DNA of 64,000 nucleotides, from positions 64,001 through 128,000 of the forward strand of contig CAWGVS010000005.1 in NCBI GenBank assembly GCA_963826115.1, in the 5' to 3' direction. Origin of the DNA: an uncultured Candidatus Rokubacteria bacterium (lineage in GTDB: Bacteria; Methylomirabilota; Methylomirabilia; Rokubacteriales; DASRDR01). This document shows positions 28,896 through 38,569 of the stretch, in pieces. Made by a program: the position numbers and the translations under genes. The notes under the pieces are model-generated. The model was not told where the DNA came from. It was given only the letters and a program-made list of their open reading frames with translations, and ran no database searches. Position 1 is the stretch's first letter; each line of letters starts with the position of its first letter.

Positions 28896-30046
28896 CGGGC
28901 GCGGCCGACGTGCGCTACGTCGACCCCGCGACCGGCCGCACGTATCCCCTGGCCGAGCCGCGATGGTGCGGTGACGACGGCCACTACCTGAACCTCGAGC
29001 CCGGGCCGGGGCTCGGGCGGGACGACATCGACCCGGGCCAGGACTCGGTCTGGCGCTACGCGAAGGCGCTCCTCGTCGACCCGGGCGACGCCGTCAGCAT
29101 GGGCGAGGGCTGGACGCCGCTGGTCGCGGGCACGTGGGCCGGCGCCCCCGTCCTGTTCAAGCTCGAGTTCCTGATGCCGACGGGGTCGTTCAAGGACCGC
29201 GGCATGACGGTGATGGTGAGCTACCTGAAGAGCCGCGGCGTCGACCGCGTGCTCGAGGACTCGTCGGGGAACGCCGGCGCGTCGCTCTCCGCCTACGCGG
29301 CGCGGAGCGGCCTGTCGTGCCGCATCCTGGTGCCCGAGACGGCGTCCTACCCGAAGATCGCCCAGATCGCCGCGTGCGGCGCCGACGTCGTCACGATCCG
29401 GGGCTCGCGCCAGGACGTCGCCGAGGCCGCGCTCCGGCAGAGCGCGGACATCTTCTACGCGAGCCACAACTGGCAGCCGACGTTCGTGGAGGGCGTGAAG
29501 ACGCTCGCGTACGAGCTGTGGGAGCAGCTCGCCTTCAACGCGCCCGACAACGTCGTCGTGCCCCTCGGCTACGGGAGCAACGTCCTCGGCTGCGAGCGCG
29601 GCTTCGACGAGCTCCTCCGGCGTGGCGAGATCGTCCGGCGGCCGCGGCTCTTCGGCGTCCAGGCGGCGAACTGCGCCCCCTACCACGCGGCCTTCCGGGC
29701 GGGGGTCGAGCACCTCGTGCCCACGACGATCGCGCCGACCGTCGCCGAGGGCATCGCCTCGGCCAAGCCCACGCGGGTGGCCGAGGTGCTCCGCGCCGTG
29801 CGGGAGAGCGGGGGCAGCGTGGTGACGGTCGACGAAGCGGAGATCGTGGAGGCGCTCGGGACCCTGGCGCGCAAGGGGCTCTACGTGGAGCCCACGTCCG
29901 CGGCGGCCGCGGCGGGGCTCGGCCGGCTCCTCGAGACGGGCGCCATCCGGCCCGACGAGACGACCGTGCTCGTCCTGACCGGATCGGGCCTCAAGGCGTC
30001 CGCGAGCATCGGCGAGCTCCTGAAGCTCGGCGCGCGGGGCGACTGA
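28892..30046 (+). CDS. thrC: Threonine synthase-like PLP enzyme
   Basis: GEGWTP, PTGSFKDRG, SSGNAG, VEPTSA, LTGSGLK. Confidence 0.85.
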   Translation: MTGAADVRYVDPATGRTYPLAEPRWCGDDGHYLNLEPGPGLGRDDIDPGQDSVWRYAKALLVDPGDAVSMGEGWTPLVAGTWAGAPVLFKLEFLMPTGSFKDRGMTVMVSYLKSRGVDRVLEDSSGNAGASLSAYAARSGLSCRILVPETASYPKIAQIAACGADVVTIRGSRQDVAEAALRQSADIFYASHNWQPTFVEGVKTLAYELWEQLAFNAPDNVVVPLGYGSNVLGCERGFDELLRRGEIVRRPRLFGVQAANCAPYHAAFRAGVEHLVPTTIAPTVAEGIASAKPTRVAEVLRAVRESGGSVVTVDEAEIVEALGTLARKGLYVEPTSAAAAAGLGRLLETGAIRPDETTVLVLTGSGLKASASIGELLKLGARGD

Positions 30047-30050
30047 GCCC

Positions 30051-30374
30051 ATGCGGCTGACGCCGACCGAGCTCGACCGCCTGGCGATCTTCACCGCCGC
30101 CGAGCTCGCCCGCCGCCGGCGCGCGAAGGGCTGGCGGCTCACGTATCCGGAGGCGCTGGCGCTCATCTGCGACGAGATGCACGAGGCCGCGCGCGGGGGC
30201 GCGTCCTACGCGGAGGTCGTCCAGACGGCCCGCGGCGTCCTCACCGAGGACGACGTGCTGGACGGGGTCGCCGATCTGGTCGGCACCGTGAAGCTGGAGT
30301 GCCTGTTCGGAGACGGCACCCGAGTCCTCCACGTGGAGCGGCCGATCGGGCCGGGCCGGCGGCCGACGGCATGA
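30051..30374 (+). CDS. ureA: Urease gamma subunit (divergent)
   Basis: MRLTPTELDRL, LTYPEA, FGDGT. Confidence 0.88.
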   Translation: MRLTPTELDRLAIFTAAELARRRRAKGWRLTYPEALALICDEMHEAARGGASYAEVVQTARGVLTEDDVLDGVADLVGTVKLECLFGDGTRVLHVERPIGPGRRPTA

Positions 30375-30769
30375 GGCCGGGGGAGGTCCTGTTCGCCGAG
30401 GGGACGATCGTCCTGAACGCCGGCCGGCCCACCGTCGAGGTGAGCGTGACCAACACCTCGGCGCACACGATCTTCATCAGCTCCCACTTCCCGTTCTTCG
30501 AGGTGAACCGCCGGCTCGAGCTCGACCGCGCCCGGGCCTGGGGCATGCACCTCGACATCCCTGCCGGCGACGCGGAGCGCTGGCGCCCGGGCGAGACCCG
30601 GATCGTGCGGCTCGTCGCCTTCGGGGGCGCGCGCGCGGTGCGCGGGTTCAACGGGCTCACGGACGGCCCGGCCACGCCCGAGCGCCTGGCCGGGGGCCTC
30701 GCGCGGGCCCGCGCGGGCGGGTACGCGCACCGGGATGCGGGCGCCCCGGAGGCCTCCCGTGGCCGGTGA
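30371..30769 (+). CDS. ureB: Urease beta subunit (divergent)
   Basis: MRPGE, LNAGR, SHFPFFEVN, LDIPAG, GFNGL. Confidence 0.88.
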   Translation: MRPGEVLFAEGTIVLNAGRPTVEVSVTNTSAHTIFISSHFPFFEVNRRLELDRARAWGMHLDIPAGDAERWRPGETRIVRLVAFGGARAVRGFNGLTDGPATPERLAGGLARARAGGYAHRDAGAPEASRGR

Positions 30770-32429
30770 GCTGACGCGCCCCGAGTACTCGGGGCGCTAC
30801 GGGCCCACCACCGGCGACCGCGTGCGGCTGGGGGACACCGACCTCCTCCTCCGGATCGACCGCGACGAGTCGAGCTACGGCGACGAGGTGCTGCGCGGCT
30901 GGGCCAAGACGTTGCGCACCGGGATCATGACCAACGCCGAGCTGCCGGCGGCGAGCGAGCTCGACCTCATCGTCACGAACGTGATCGTGATGGACCCCGT
31001 CCTCGGCATCTTCAAGGGGAACATCGGGGTGAAGGACGGCGTGATCGTCGGCGTGGGGCGCGCCGGCAACCCGGACGTCGTGGACAACCCGGACCTCCTG
31101 ATCGGCTCCAACACGGTGCCGGTGTACGGCCAGGGCTACATCGCGACGCCCGGCGGCATCGACACCCACGTCCACCTGGTCCAGCCGCGCCTCATCCCGG
31201 CCGCGCTGGCCGCGGGCATGACGACCCTGATCACCGGCGGCCTCAACGAGAACCCGGCCTTCAACCTGGACCACATGTTCCTTGCCTTCGAGGGGTTCCC
31301 GGTGAACCTCGGCGTGCTCGGCCGCGCCGCCAGCTACGTGGCCGCCCCGCTCGAGCGGCAGATCGAGTCGGGCGCGTGCGGCCTCAAGGTGCACGAGGAC
31401 TACGCGGGGTACCCGAGCATCGTCGACGCGGCGCTGACCGTCGCCGACGCCTACGACGTCCAGATCGCGATGCACACCGACGGCCTCAACGAGTCGTGCG
31501 AGCTCCACGAGACCGTCGCCGCGATCGCGGGGCGGAGCATCCACGCCTACCACGTGGAGGGGATCGGCGGCGGCCACTCGCCCGACATCCTGGCGATCGC
31601 GGGGATCGGCCACGTCATCGGGTCCTCGACGACGCCGACGGTGCCCTACGGCCGGAACGTCGCGGCCGAGCACCACGCCATGATGTGGTCGGTCCACGGC
31701 ATGAACCCGCGCGTCCCGAGCGACCACGTGATGATCGCCGACCGGATCCGCGAGTCCACGATGCGCGCGGAGAGCGTGCTCCACGAGCTCGGAGCGATCA
31801 GCATCATCAACTCCGACTCCCAGGGGATGGGGCGCATCGGCGAGGTGATCCGCCGGACCTGGCAGCTCGCCCACCAGATGAAGCGCATGCGGGGCGAGCG
31901 CCCGCCGCACGACAACCCGCGGATCCTCCAGTACCTCGCGAAGTACACGATCAACCCCGCGCGGGCCCACGGCGTGGACCGCTGGGTGGGCTCGCTCGAG
32001 GCGGGCAAGAGCGCGGACATCGTGCTGTGGCGTCCGGAGTTCTTCGGCGTGAAGCCGGAGGTCGTGATCAAGGGCGGCTATCCGGCGTGGGGCGCGCTCG
32101 GCGAGGGCAACGCGTCCGTCTCCCAGACCGAGCCCCAGATCTACGGCGCGCACTGGGGCGGCAGCGGGCTCGCGGCCGCGAGCCTCAGCATCGACTTCGT
32201 CTCGGCCGCCGCGGCGGCCGGCGACTTCCGGCGCCGGCTCGGAACCCGACGGCGGGCGATCCCCGTGGTCGGCATCCGGCAGATCGGCAAGCGCGACATG
32301 CTCTACAACCAGGCGAACCCCCGGATCGAGATCGACCCCGGCTCGGCCGACATCCTGATCGACGGGAAGCCGCTCCCGCCCTTGCCCGACGACGACCTCC
32401 CGCTGAACCGCCGCTATTTCCTGACGTAG
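30759..32429 (+). CDS. ureC: Urease alpha subunit-like amidohydrolase (divergent)
   Basis: YGPTTGDRVRLGDT, GIDTHVH, GLKVHED, MHTD, YHVEG, SDSQGMGR, KYTINPA. Confidence 0.9.
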   Translation: MAGELTRPEYSGRYGPTTGDRVRLGDTDLLLRIDRDESSYGDEVLRGWAKTLRTGIMTNAELPAASELDLIVTNVIVMDPVLGIFKGNIGVKDGVIVGVGRAGNPDVVDNPDLLIGSNTVPVYGQGYIATPGGIDTHVHLVQPRLIPAALAAGMTTLITGGLNENPAFNLDHMFLAFEGFPVNLGVLGRAASYVAAPLERQIESGACGLKVHEDYAGYPSIVDAALTVADAYDVQIAMHTDGLNESCELHETVAAIAGRSIHAYHVEGIGGGHSPDILAIAGIGHVIGSSTTPTVPYGRNVAAEHHAMMWSVHGMNPRVPSDHVMIADRIRESTMRAESVLHELGAISIINSDSQGMGRIGEVIRRTWQLAHQMKRMRGERPPHDNPRILQYLAKYTINPARAHGVDRWVGSLEAGKSADIVLWRPEFFGVKPEVVIKGGYPAWGALGEGNASVSQTEPQIYGAHWGGSGLAAASLSIDFVSAAAAAGDFRRRLGTRRRAIPVVGIRQIGKRDMLYNQANPRIEIDPGSADILIDGKPLPPLPDDDLPLNRRYFLT

Positions 32430-32441
32430 CGTCCGGGCCGC

Positions 32442-33809
32442 TTAGATCCTCGCCATCCGCCTGACCAGGGCGAGCGTGTCCGTCCAGAACGCCAGGGACG
32501 AATGCATGTCCGAAACGACTTGTTCGATCGCGTCGACGAACTCGTCGATCTGCGCCTGAGTCACGATCAGGGGTGGCGCCACCTTGAGCACCTTGAAGTC
32601 GTTGCCGCAGACCTGCGCGAGGACGTTCCCGCACCGGAACAGCCGACTGACCAGCACCTGCCCGAAGAGTCCGGGGTGGACCTTCGTGAGCGTCTCGAAC
32701 GAGGCGCGAAGTCGCAGGGACCGCGGACTTCTGAACGCGATGCCCGAAAGGAGGCCGAGGCCGCGGACCTCGGAGACCATCTCGTAGCCCGCGAGGCGGC
32801 GGGCGAGGTGCTCTCGCAGGGAGTCGCCTGCGATGGTCGCCCGGACGCCGAGCCCCTCGTCCTCGAGCACGTCGAGGGTGGCCAGCCCGGCCCGCATCGC
32901 GAGCCCGTTCTCGCTGTACGTCGAAGTGTGGACGAAGGCCCGGCTGAGCGAGCTGTACACGGAGTCGAAGACGGCGTCCGAGAAGAGCACAGCCCCGCTC
33001 GGCACGAGGCCGCCGCTGAGCGCCTTCGCAAGGACCACCATGTCCGGATCGAGCTTGAAGTGATGCGCGGCGAGGAAGGGACCGGTCCGGCACAGCCCCG
33101 TCTGGACCTCGTCGAGGACGAAGAGCGTCCCGGTGTCGCGGCAGAGTCCCTGGGCGATCTCGAGATAGCGATGATCGGGCAGGCGGATCCCGTTCTCGGC
33201 CTGCACCGGCTCCACGACGAAGGCCGCGTGCCGCTCCGTCATGAGCTCGGCGGCGAGGGCGTCCTGATCCCCGAACGGGACGGCGACGGCGTGGGGCAGC
33301 AGGGGGCCGAATCTTTCGGCCCAGAAGGGATTGCTCATCAGCGACAGCGCGCCGCACGTGAGCCCGTGGAAGCCGCCCTCGGCGTGAAGCAGGCCGCTCC
33401 GCCCCGTGTGTGCGCGTGCGAACTTGATGACAGTCTCGATTCCCTCGCTGCCGGAGCTCGCGAAGTACGCTTTGGTGAGACGTCCCCCGGCCTTGGCGCA
33501 GAGACGCTCGGCCAGGCGTCCGGCGGCGTCCGGGGCGTGGCTCTGCAGCATGGCCGGACCGTGGCGGTCGAGCTCGTGCTTGAGGGCCGCCACCACGCGG
33601 GGATGATTGTGACCCACGTTGTGCACGCAGTAACCGGACAGGAAGTCGAGGATCCGTCGCCCATCCGCCGTGAAGAGCTCCGTGCCCTCGCAGCGTGTGT
33701 ACTCGACGTTCATCTGCATGAGATCGAGGACGCGCACCCACTGCGGGTTCAGGTGTCTCGAATACGGCGAGACGGTAGCCGGCCTGGGAGCCTGGGCGAA
33801 CAGTCGCAC
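32442..33809 (-). CDS. Aminotransferase class III (HpnO/ArgD-like)
   Basis: LDFLSGY, GHNHP, SGSEG, FHGLT, DEVQTG, LAKALSGG, HTSTY. Confidence 0.88.
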   Translation of the reverse strand: MRLFAQAPRPATVSPYSRHLNPQWVRVLDLMQMNVEYTRCEGTELFTADGRRILDFLSGYCVHNVGHNHPRVVAALKHELDRHGPAMLQSHAPDAAGRLAERLCAKAGGRLTKAYFASSGSEGIETVIKFARAHTGRSGLLHAEGGFHGLTCGALSLMSNPFWAERFGPLLPHAVAVPFGDQDALAAELMTERHAAFVVEPVQAENGIRLPDHRYLEIAQGLCRDTGTLFVLDEVQTGLCRTGPFLAAHHFKLDPDMVVLAKALSGGLVPSGAVLFSDAVFDSVYSSLSRAFVHTSTYSENGLAMRAGLATLDVLEDEGLGVRATIAGDSLREHLARRLAGYEMVSEVRGLGLLSGIAFRSPRSLRLRASFETLTKVHPGLFGQVLVSRLFRCGNVLAQVCGNDFKVLKVAPPLIVTQAQIDEFVDAIEQVVSDMHSSLAFWTDTLALVRRMARI

Positions 33810-33839
33810 GACGAGCCCTCCTTGCGAGTGGAAGTGCGA

Positions 33840-34997
33840 TCAGACCGTCAGCAGTCGCCAGCCGAGAGTGCAGAGGCCTTGCGCGACCTCGCCGGGCGAC
33901 GTGAGAGCGCCCACGTGCATGGCGAGGAGGCGCGAGAAGAGCGACGGCTCAGTCGCGAGCGCCCGCAGGGCCCGGCGCCTGAGCCACCTCGAGCGGTCCA
34001 TCGCCACGAGGAGCCGTCCCACCAGCGCGGGATGGCGGCGGACGCGCCGGTGGGCGCTCTCGTAGCCGGAGAGGTCCCCGGCCCTCAGGGCCTTCCCGAG
34101 GTGGAGCGCCTGCTGGAAGAGGATCGACAGACCCTCGCCCGTGATTCCGTCGAGCGAGCCCGATGCCTCGCCGACGAGCGCAACTCGATCGCGGGAGACG
34201 GCTCGCAGGCGACGCGACGTGGACGGGACTCCCCGCTCACGGCTCGTGGCCGGCGCCCCGCCCAGGCGCCGCGCCAGGAAGGGGCACGCGCCCAGCAGGC
34301 GGTCCAGCCGGAGACTGGGGTCCCGCGAGATGAGCGCGACGCACACCTCGCGGGGCGCCACGGGCGTCACGACGACCTGGGCTCCCTCGCACCAGTAGAC
34401 CTCGACGACGTCCGTCCACGGCGTGACCCCGAAGTGCTGACGGAACCCGAAGCGGCGGGGCGGGGCTGCCGGCCCGAGCCCCGCCCATCGACGCACCTGC
34501 GACGCCTCCCCGTCGGCCCCGACGATCCAGCGGGACGCGATCACGCCGGTGTCGAGCGCGAGCCCGTGCGGTGTCAGCCCGCGCACGCGGGTTTGCCACG
34601 CCAACTTCACGCCCACGGCTTCGGCGCGCTCGATCAGCAGACGGTGGAGCGTGGTGCGTCGGATCCCGCGACCGGGCTCCCGTCGGAAGTTGGCCTCGAC
34701 GGACAGATCGGGGTCGACGAACCGGATTCCGCGGAACGGCATGGACTCGTGGGGCGGAATCGAGACGCCGAGTCCGCGCAGCGCGGCGACTCCGTTGGGC
34801 ATCACTCCTTCGCCGCAGGCCTTGTCGATCGGCGGCGCCGCCCCGTCCAAGACGATCACCTCGAGGTTGTGCTGGCGCGCGGCGATGGCCGCGGCGAGGC
34901 CGGCCGGCCCGCCCCCCACGACCAGCACGTCCGTCTCAGGTGGGAGATCTCCGCGGCGGGACGGGCGGCGCCCCCGAGTCTCGGCGAGCGTCATCAC
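33840..34997 (-). CDS. FAD-dependent oxidoreductase (geranylgeranyl reductase-like)
   Basis: VVGGGPAG, DKACGEG, GADG, GEASG.LDGITGEG. Confidence 0.88.
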   Translation of the reverse strand: MMTLAETRGRRPSRRGDLPPETDVLVVGGGPAGLAAAIAARQHNLEVIVLDGAAPPIDKACGEGVMPNGVAALRGLGVSIPPHESMPFRGIRFVDPDLSVEANFRREPGRGIRRTTLHRLLIERAEAVGVKLAWQTRVRGLTPHGLALDTGVIASRWIVGADGEASQVRRWAGLGPAAPPRRFGFRQHFGVTPWTDVVEVYWCEGAQVVVTPVAPREVCVALISRDPSLRLDRLLGACPFLARRLGGAPATSRERGVPSTSRRLRAVSRDRVALVGEASGSLDGITGEGLSILFQQALHLGKALRAGDLSGYESAHRRVRRHPALVGRLLVAMDRSRWLRRRALRALATEPSLFSRLLAMHVGALTSPGEVAQGLCTLGWRLLTV

Positions 34998-35578
34998 GGC
35001 CGATCGTCGGCATGCAGGCGGGCCTCGGTTCTGAGGCTGACTTCGGCCACCGGGGCGACGCGGAGGAAGAGGAGGCTCGGGTTACGTAGCCCCCAAGCGA
35101 CGTAGGGAATCTCGAACGCGGTCTCGGCGGAGACCGTCTCGCCGGCCACCCGGGCCTGGACCGGCAGGGTGAGGGAATGGTCCACCCCGTGCAGGTTCAG
35201 CACTCCCGCGAGCAGGAACTCGGACGGGCCAGAGCGTGCGAGGGCTCCCACGACCCGGGTGGGTCGAAACGTGGCGACCGGGTAGCGGTCGGTCTCCAGT
35301 ACGCTCCCGTGCATCTCGTGGTCGCGTAGACGATTGCCGGTGCCCGCCCGGCGGAGGTCGATCGTCACGTGGCCCGAGGCCGTGCCGCTTTCGGGATCGA
35401 AGCGGATCTCGCCGGACTCGAGCGCCAGCAACCCGTCGATGGTGTGGCCCGTCGCCTTCACCGCGAACGTGAGGCTCGTCTTGTCCGGGGCGAGCGTGAG
35501 GACGCTGGGCTCCGTCGATGCGGTGAGCGGACAGAGCAAGAGCGCGGTCGCCGCAAGGCCGCCTCGCCACCTGACCAT
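34994..35578 (-). CDS. YceI family (polyisoprenoid-binding) protein
   Basis: Signal peptide, TGNRLRDHEMH..LETDRYP, LNLHGVDH. Confidence 0.85.
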   Translation of the reverse strand: MVRWRGGLAATALLLCPLTASTEPSVLTLAPDKTSLTFAVKATGHTIDGLLALESGEIRFDPESGTASGHVTIDLRRAGTGNRLRDHEMHGSVLETDRYPVATFRPTRVVGALARSGPSEFLLAGVLNLHGVDHSLTLPVQARVAGETVSAETAFEIPYVAWGLRNPSLLFLRVAPVAEVSLRTEARLHADDRP

Positions 35579-35706
35579 GCCGGTCCTCCCGTGTTCGAGT
35601 GAGCTCGGTACGCGCGCCCGCGTTCCCCGGGGCTACGCGAGACCCTAGCGCGCGGAGATGAACCCGAGGTGAACGGCGCCTCCCGGTCTCTCGAGAGGCC
35701 CAGCGG

Positions 35707-35712
35707 TATAAT
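35707..35712 (+). promoter_or_regulatory. -10 box of a leaderless response regulator transcript
   Basis: Perfect TATAAT 6 nt before ATG 35719; no SD. Confidence 0.55.
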
Positions 35713-35718
35713 CGGCGC

Positions 35719-36387
35719 ATGCGCGTGCTCGTGGTGGAAGACGAGCATCGACTGGCGGATCGACTGGCCCGCGGCCTTCGCGAGGAGGGCTTTGCTGTCG
35801 ACGCGGCGCCGACGAAGGCGGCGGCCGGAGACCTTGCCAGCGGAACGGACTACGATCTCGTGCTGCTCGACCTCAAGCTGCCCGACGGGTCGGGCCTCGA
35901 GCTCCTCGAGGAGTGGCGCGCGCAGGGCTTCCAGGCCCCCATCCTCGTCCTGACGGCGAAGGACCTGCTGGATGACAAGCTGAAAGGCCTGAGAGCGGGC
36001 GCGGATGACTACCTGACGAAGCCCTTCTCCTTCGCCGAGCTGCTGGCTCGGGTCCAGGTGCTCTTGCGGCGATGCGCCGCGCCGCCGCAGAACGTCCTGG
36101 AGATGGGCGATCTCCGGGTGGACCGCACCGGACGTCAGGTGGAGCGGGCCGGCCAGGCCATCGAGCTGACGGCCAAGGAATTCGCGCTACTGGAGTACCT
36201 GACGCTTCACGCCGGACAGGTCCTGTCGCGAGCGACGATAGCCGAGCACGTGTGGGACGACGGCTACGACGCGCAGAGCAACGTCATCGACGTCATCGTG
36301 AGCCGCCTGCGGCGGAAGCTCGAGGCCCATGGCGACCGGCTGATCCACACCGTTGGGGGCGTCGGCTACACGCTACGGAGCGGGTGA
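35719..36387 (+). CDS. OmpR/CusR-family response regulator
   Basis: VVEDE, LLD, GADDYLTKPF, winged helix (LTAKEF, VIDV..SRLRRK, GVGY). Confidence 0.93.
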   Translation: MRVLVVEDEHRLADRLARGLREEGFAVDAAPTKAAAGDLASGTDYDLVLLDLKLPDGSGLELLEEWRAQGFQAPILVLTAKDLLDDKLKGLRAGADDYLTKPFSFAELLARVQVLLRRCAAPPQNVLEMGDLRVDRTGRQVERAGQAIELTAKEFALLEYLTLHAGQVLSRATIAEHVWDDGYDAQSNVIDVIVSRLRRKLEAHGDRLIHTVGGVGYTLRSG

Positions 36388-37814
36388 GCCGACGCATGCG
36401 CTCGGCGCGATCCCTGCGCGCGGCGTTCACCTGGTGGTTCGCCGGGACCCTCGTGATCCTCTACGGGGTGGTGGCGACCGCCGTCTGGCTGCACTCGCGC
36501 GCCAGTGACCAGCAGTACGCGATCTTGACTCTCAAGGCCGAGGGCGAGGCGGTCGCCAGCTACCTGGCGGCCACGGGACGGGTGGACGCGCCCGAGTTCA
36601 GCGCGCGGGAGACCGCGCCGTTCCCGATCTGGTTCCGCCTCCGGCAAGGATCGCGCGTCCTCGCGGAGACGCCGGGCACTCCGGGCCTGGCGGTCCGATC
36701 CTCCGGTCTCGCGCGGGACGAGCTCCTCACGGAATGGGCGCCGTCCATCAAGGGGCCTTATCTCAGCGTGCATCACGCGATCGGCGGGCCCCTCCAGGGC
36801 GCCACCCTGGAGGTCATCGCGCCGACCGCGTCGATCCTCGCCGCCGAGCGCCGGCTCGGCGCCCTCCTGGGTCTGGGAGGCATCATCGTCATACCGCTGG
36901 CGGCTCTCGGTGGCCGGCTGCTCGCGCAGCGCGCGCTTCGCTCGGTCGATGGACTGGTGACGCGGATCCGCGCCCTGGACTCGAGTCGCCTGAGCGACCG
37001 CCTCGTGCTGCCGCCGGGGACCGTCGAGGAGGTCGCGGTTCTGGCCAGCGCGTTCAATGATCTCCTCGGCGCTCTGGAGACGAACGTGGAGACGATGCGG
37101 CGCTTCACGGCCGACGCCTCGCACGAGATCCGGAACCCGCTGAGCGTGCTCCGCATCGGACTGGAGGTGGCGCTCCGGCGCCCGCGCGAGACGGCGGAAT
37201 ACCGGAAAGTCATCCAGGAGAACCTCCAGGAGATCCAGCGGTTGCAGGCGGTGCTGGAAGGATTGCTCGCGCTCGGGCGCGAGATGCCGGGCACGCCCTA
37301 TCCGCTCGTGTCGGGGGCAGTGGACTTCTCGGCCCTGCTCGCTCGGACAGCGGAGACGTTCGCGACCGTGGCGGCCGAGCGCCGGATTCGCATTGAGAGC
37401 GACATCGCGCCGGGACTGGTGGTCCAGGGAGACGCGCACCTGCTCCGCCTCGCCGCGTTCAACCTGATCGACAACGCGCTGAAGCACAGTCCCCCGGATG
37501 CGGCCGTCCACGTGACACTGCGTGCCCGCACCGGCGAGTCGCAGCTGGTGATCGCCGATCAGGGGTCGGGCGTGGCGCCCGAGAACCGCGAGCGTCTGTT
37601 TCGCCGCTATGGCCGGACCGAGCGGACCGACGAGCCCGGTGTGGGCGGGCTCGGCCTGAGCGTGGTGGCGTGGGTCGCGGAGCGCCATGGGGGACGCGTG
37701 CGGCTCCTCGACACGGCCCGCGGCGCGGCATTCGAGCTCGTGTTGCCGGACTCGACGCTCGCGAAGCGCCTCCCTGCGGTCGCCGCGGCCCCATCCGTTA
37801 CAGCAGGACGCTGA
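36384..37814 (+). CDS. Sensor histidine kinase (TM-HAMP-HisKA-HATPase, CusS-like)
   Basis: FTADASHEIRNPL, NLIDNALKH, DQGSG, GLGL. Confidence 0.9.
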   Translation: MSRRMRSARSLRAAFTWWFAGTLVILYGVVATAVWLHSRASDQQYAILTLKAEGEAVASYLAATGRVDAPEFSARETAPFPIWFRLRQGSRVLAETPGTPGLAVRSSGLARDELLTEWAPSIKGPYLSVHHAIGGPLQGATLEVIAPTASILAAERRLGALLGLGGIIVIPLAALGGRLLAQRALRSVDGLVTRIRALDSSRLSDRLVLPPGTVEEVAVLASAFNDLLGALETNVETMRRFTADASHEIRNPLSVLRIGLEVALRRPRETAEYRKVIQENLQEIQRLQAVLEGLLALGREMPGTPYPLVSGAVDFSALLARTAETFATVAAERRIRIESDIAPGLVVQGDAHLLRLAAFNLIDNALKHSPPDAAVHVTLRARTGESQLVIADQGSGVAPENRERLFRRYGRTERTDEPGVGGLGLSVVAWVAERHGGRVRLLDTARGAAFELVLPDSTLAKRLPAVAAAPSVTAGR

Positions 37815-38126
37815 TCGGCTCGGTCGACCGACCGTGGTCTCACCGCGCTCCGCCAGCAACGGGAGCCGGCGCCACGCGCCGAGAGGGCGAGAGATCGTTC
37901 CGGGCCTTCGCGCGAAGCGCCTCCGACCCCCGCCGGGCCGGCGGCGAGCTTTCCCATGCCCAGCCCTTCGGGGCACCCGAGCGTAGTCTTCGACCTCCAC
38001 ACGAAGTACGCTGCGCAAGCCCGCGATTCCAAAAGACTCTCTAGCTAGCTCAGGACTTCGTCGCAGCCTGACGCCGGGGTTACCCTTCGCCATCGGCAGT
38101 TTCGGCGACGGCCCCGAGGAGGGGCA

Positions 38127-38436
38127 GACGGAGGCCGGCGATGCGGAACAGCGGGAGGACGCAGTCGCTCAGCCCCGGAGCGGCCTAGCCCTAGCGGGCT
38201 CCTGCTCCGGGCCCACGAATGCGGCCGGCCGCGGCCAGCACCCCCCTCTGGGGCGGCGGCTTCTGGCTCGACTCGCTCGACCTGCTGGACCTCATGCTGG
38301 CGTGCGACGCGACGTTCGGCCCGGTGTTCCAGAGCGCCCCGCGATCGGTGATGGCGAACGTCAAGACGGTCGGCGACCTCGTCGCGATCGTCGAGGCCCG
38401 ATCCCGCCCCTGACGACCGCGCTCGGGCCGACGGCC
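38127..38436 (+). repeat. Repeat A, copy 1 (contains ACP-like fragment)
   Basis: Near-identical to 42273-42567, with substitutions and small indels. Confidence 0.9.
38219..38413 (+). pseudogene. Acyl carrier protein fragment
   Basis: WLDSLDLLDL (phosphopantetheine Ser), TVGDLV; N-terminal helix missing. Confidence 0.6.
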
Positions 38437-38449
38437 CCGCCATGTGCCG

Positions 38450-38569
38450 TCCTTGACGGGGCCTGCCCCGAACGCGTACCGTCGGATGACGCTGGCCGGA
38501 GCGGGCTTCATCCGCCAGCCCCCTCTGGAGGCCGAACGGCCGAGAACGGGCTTTATGTTGCCTATTCCC
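38450..38569 (+). repeat. Repeat B, copy 1 (120 nt)
   Basis: Matches 42150-42269 with 5 transitions. Confidence 0.92.

Noticed and set aside
37815-38126. Non-coding stretch with hairpins (GCCC-TTCG-GGGC; GCGTA..CTTCG/CGAAG.TACGC) as a riboswitch or ncRNA
   Set aside because: No consensus I recognise; an Infernal/Rfam search would be needed
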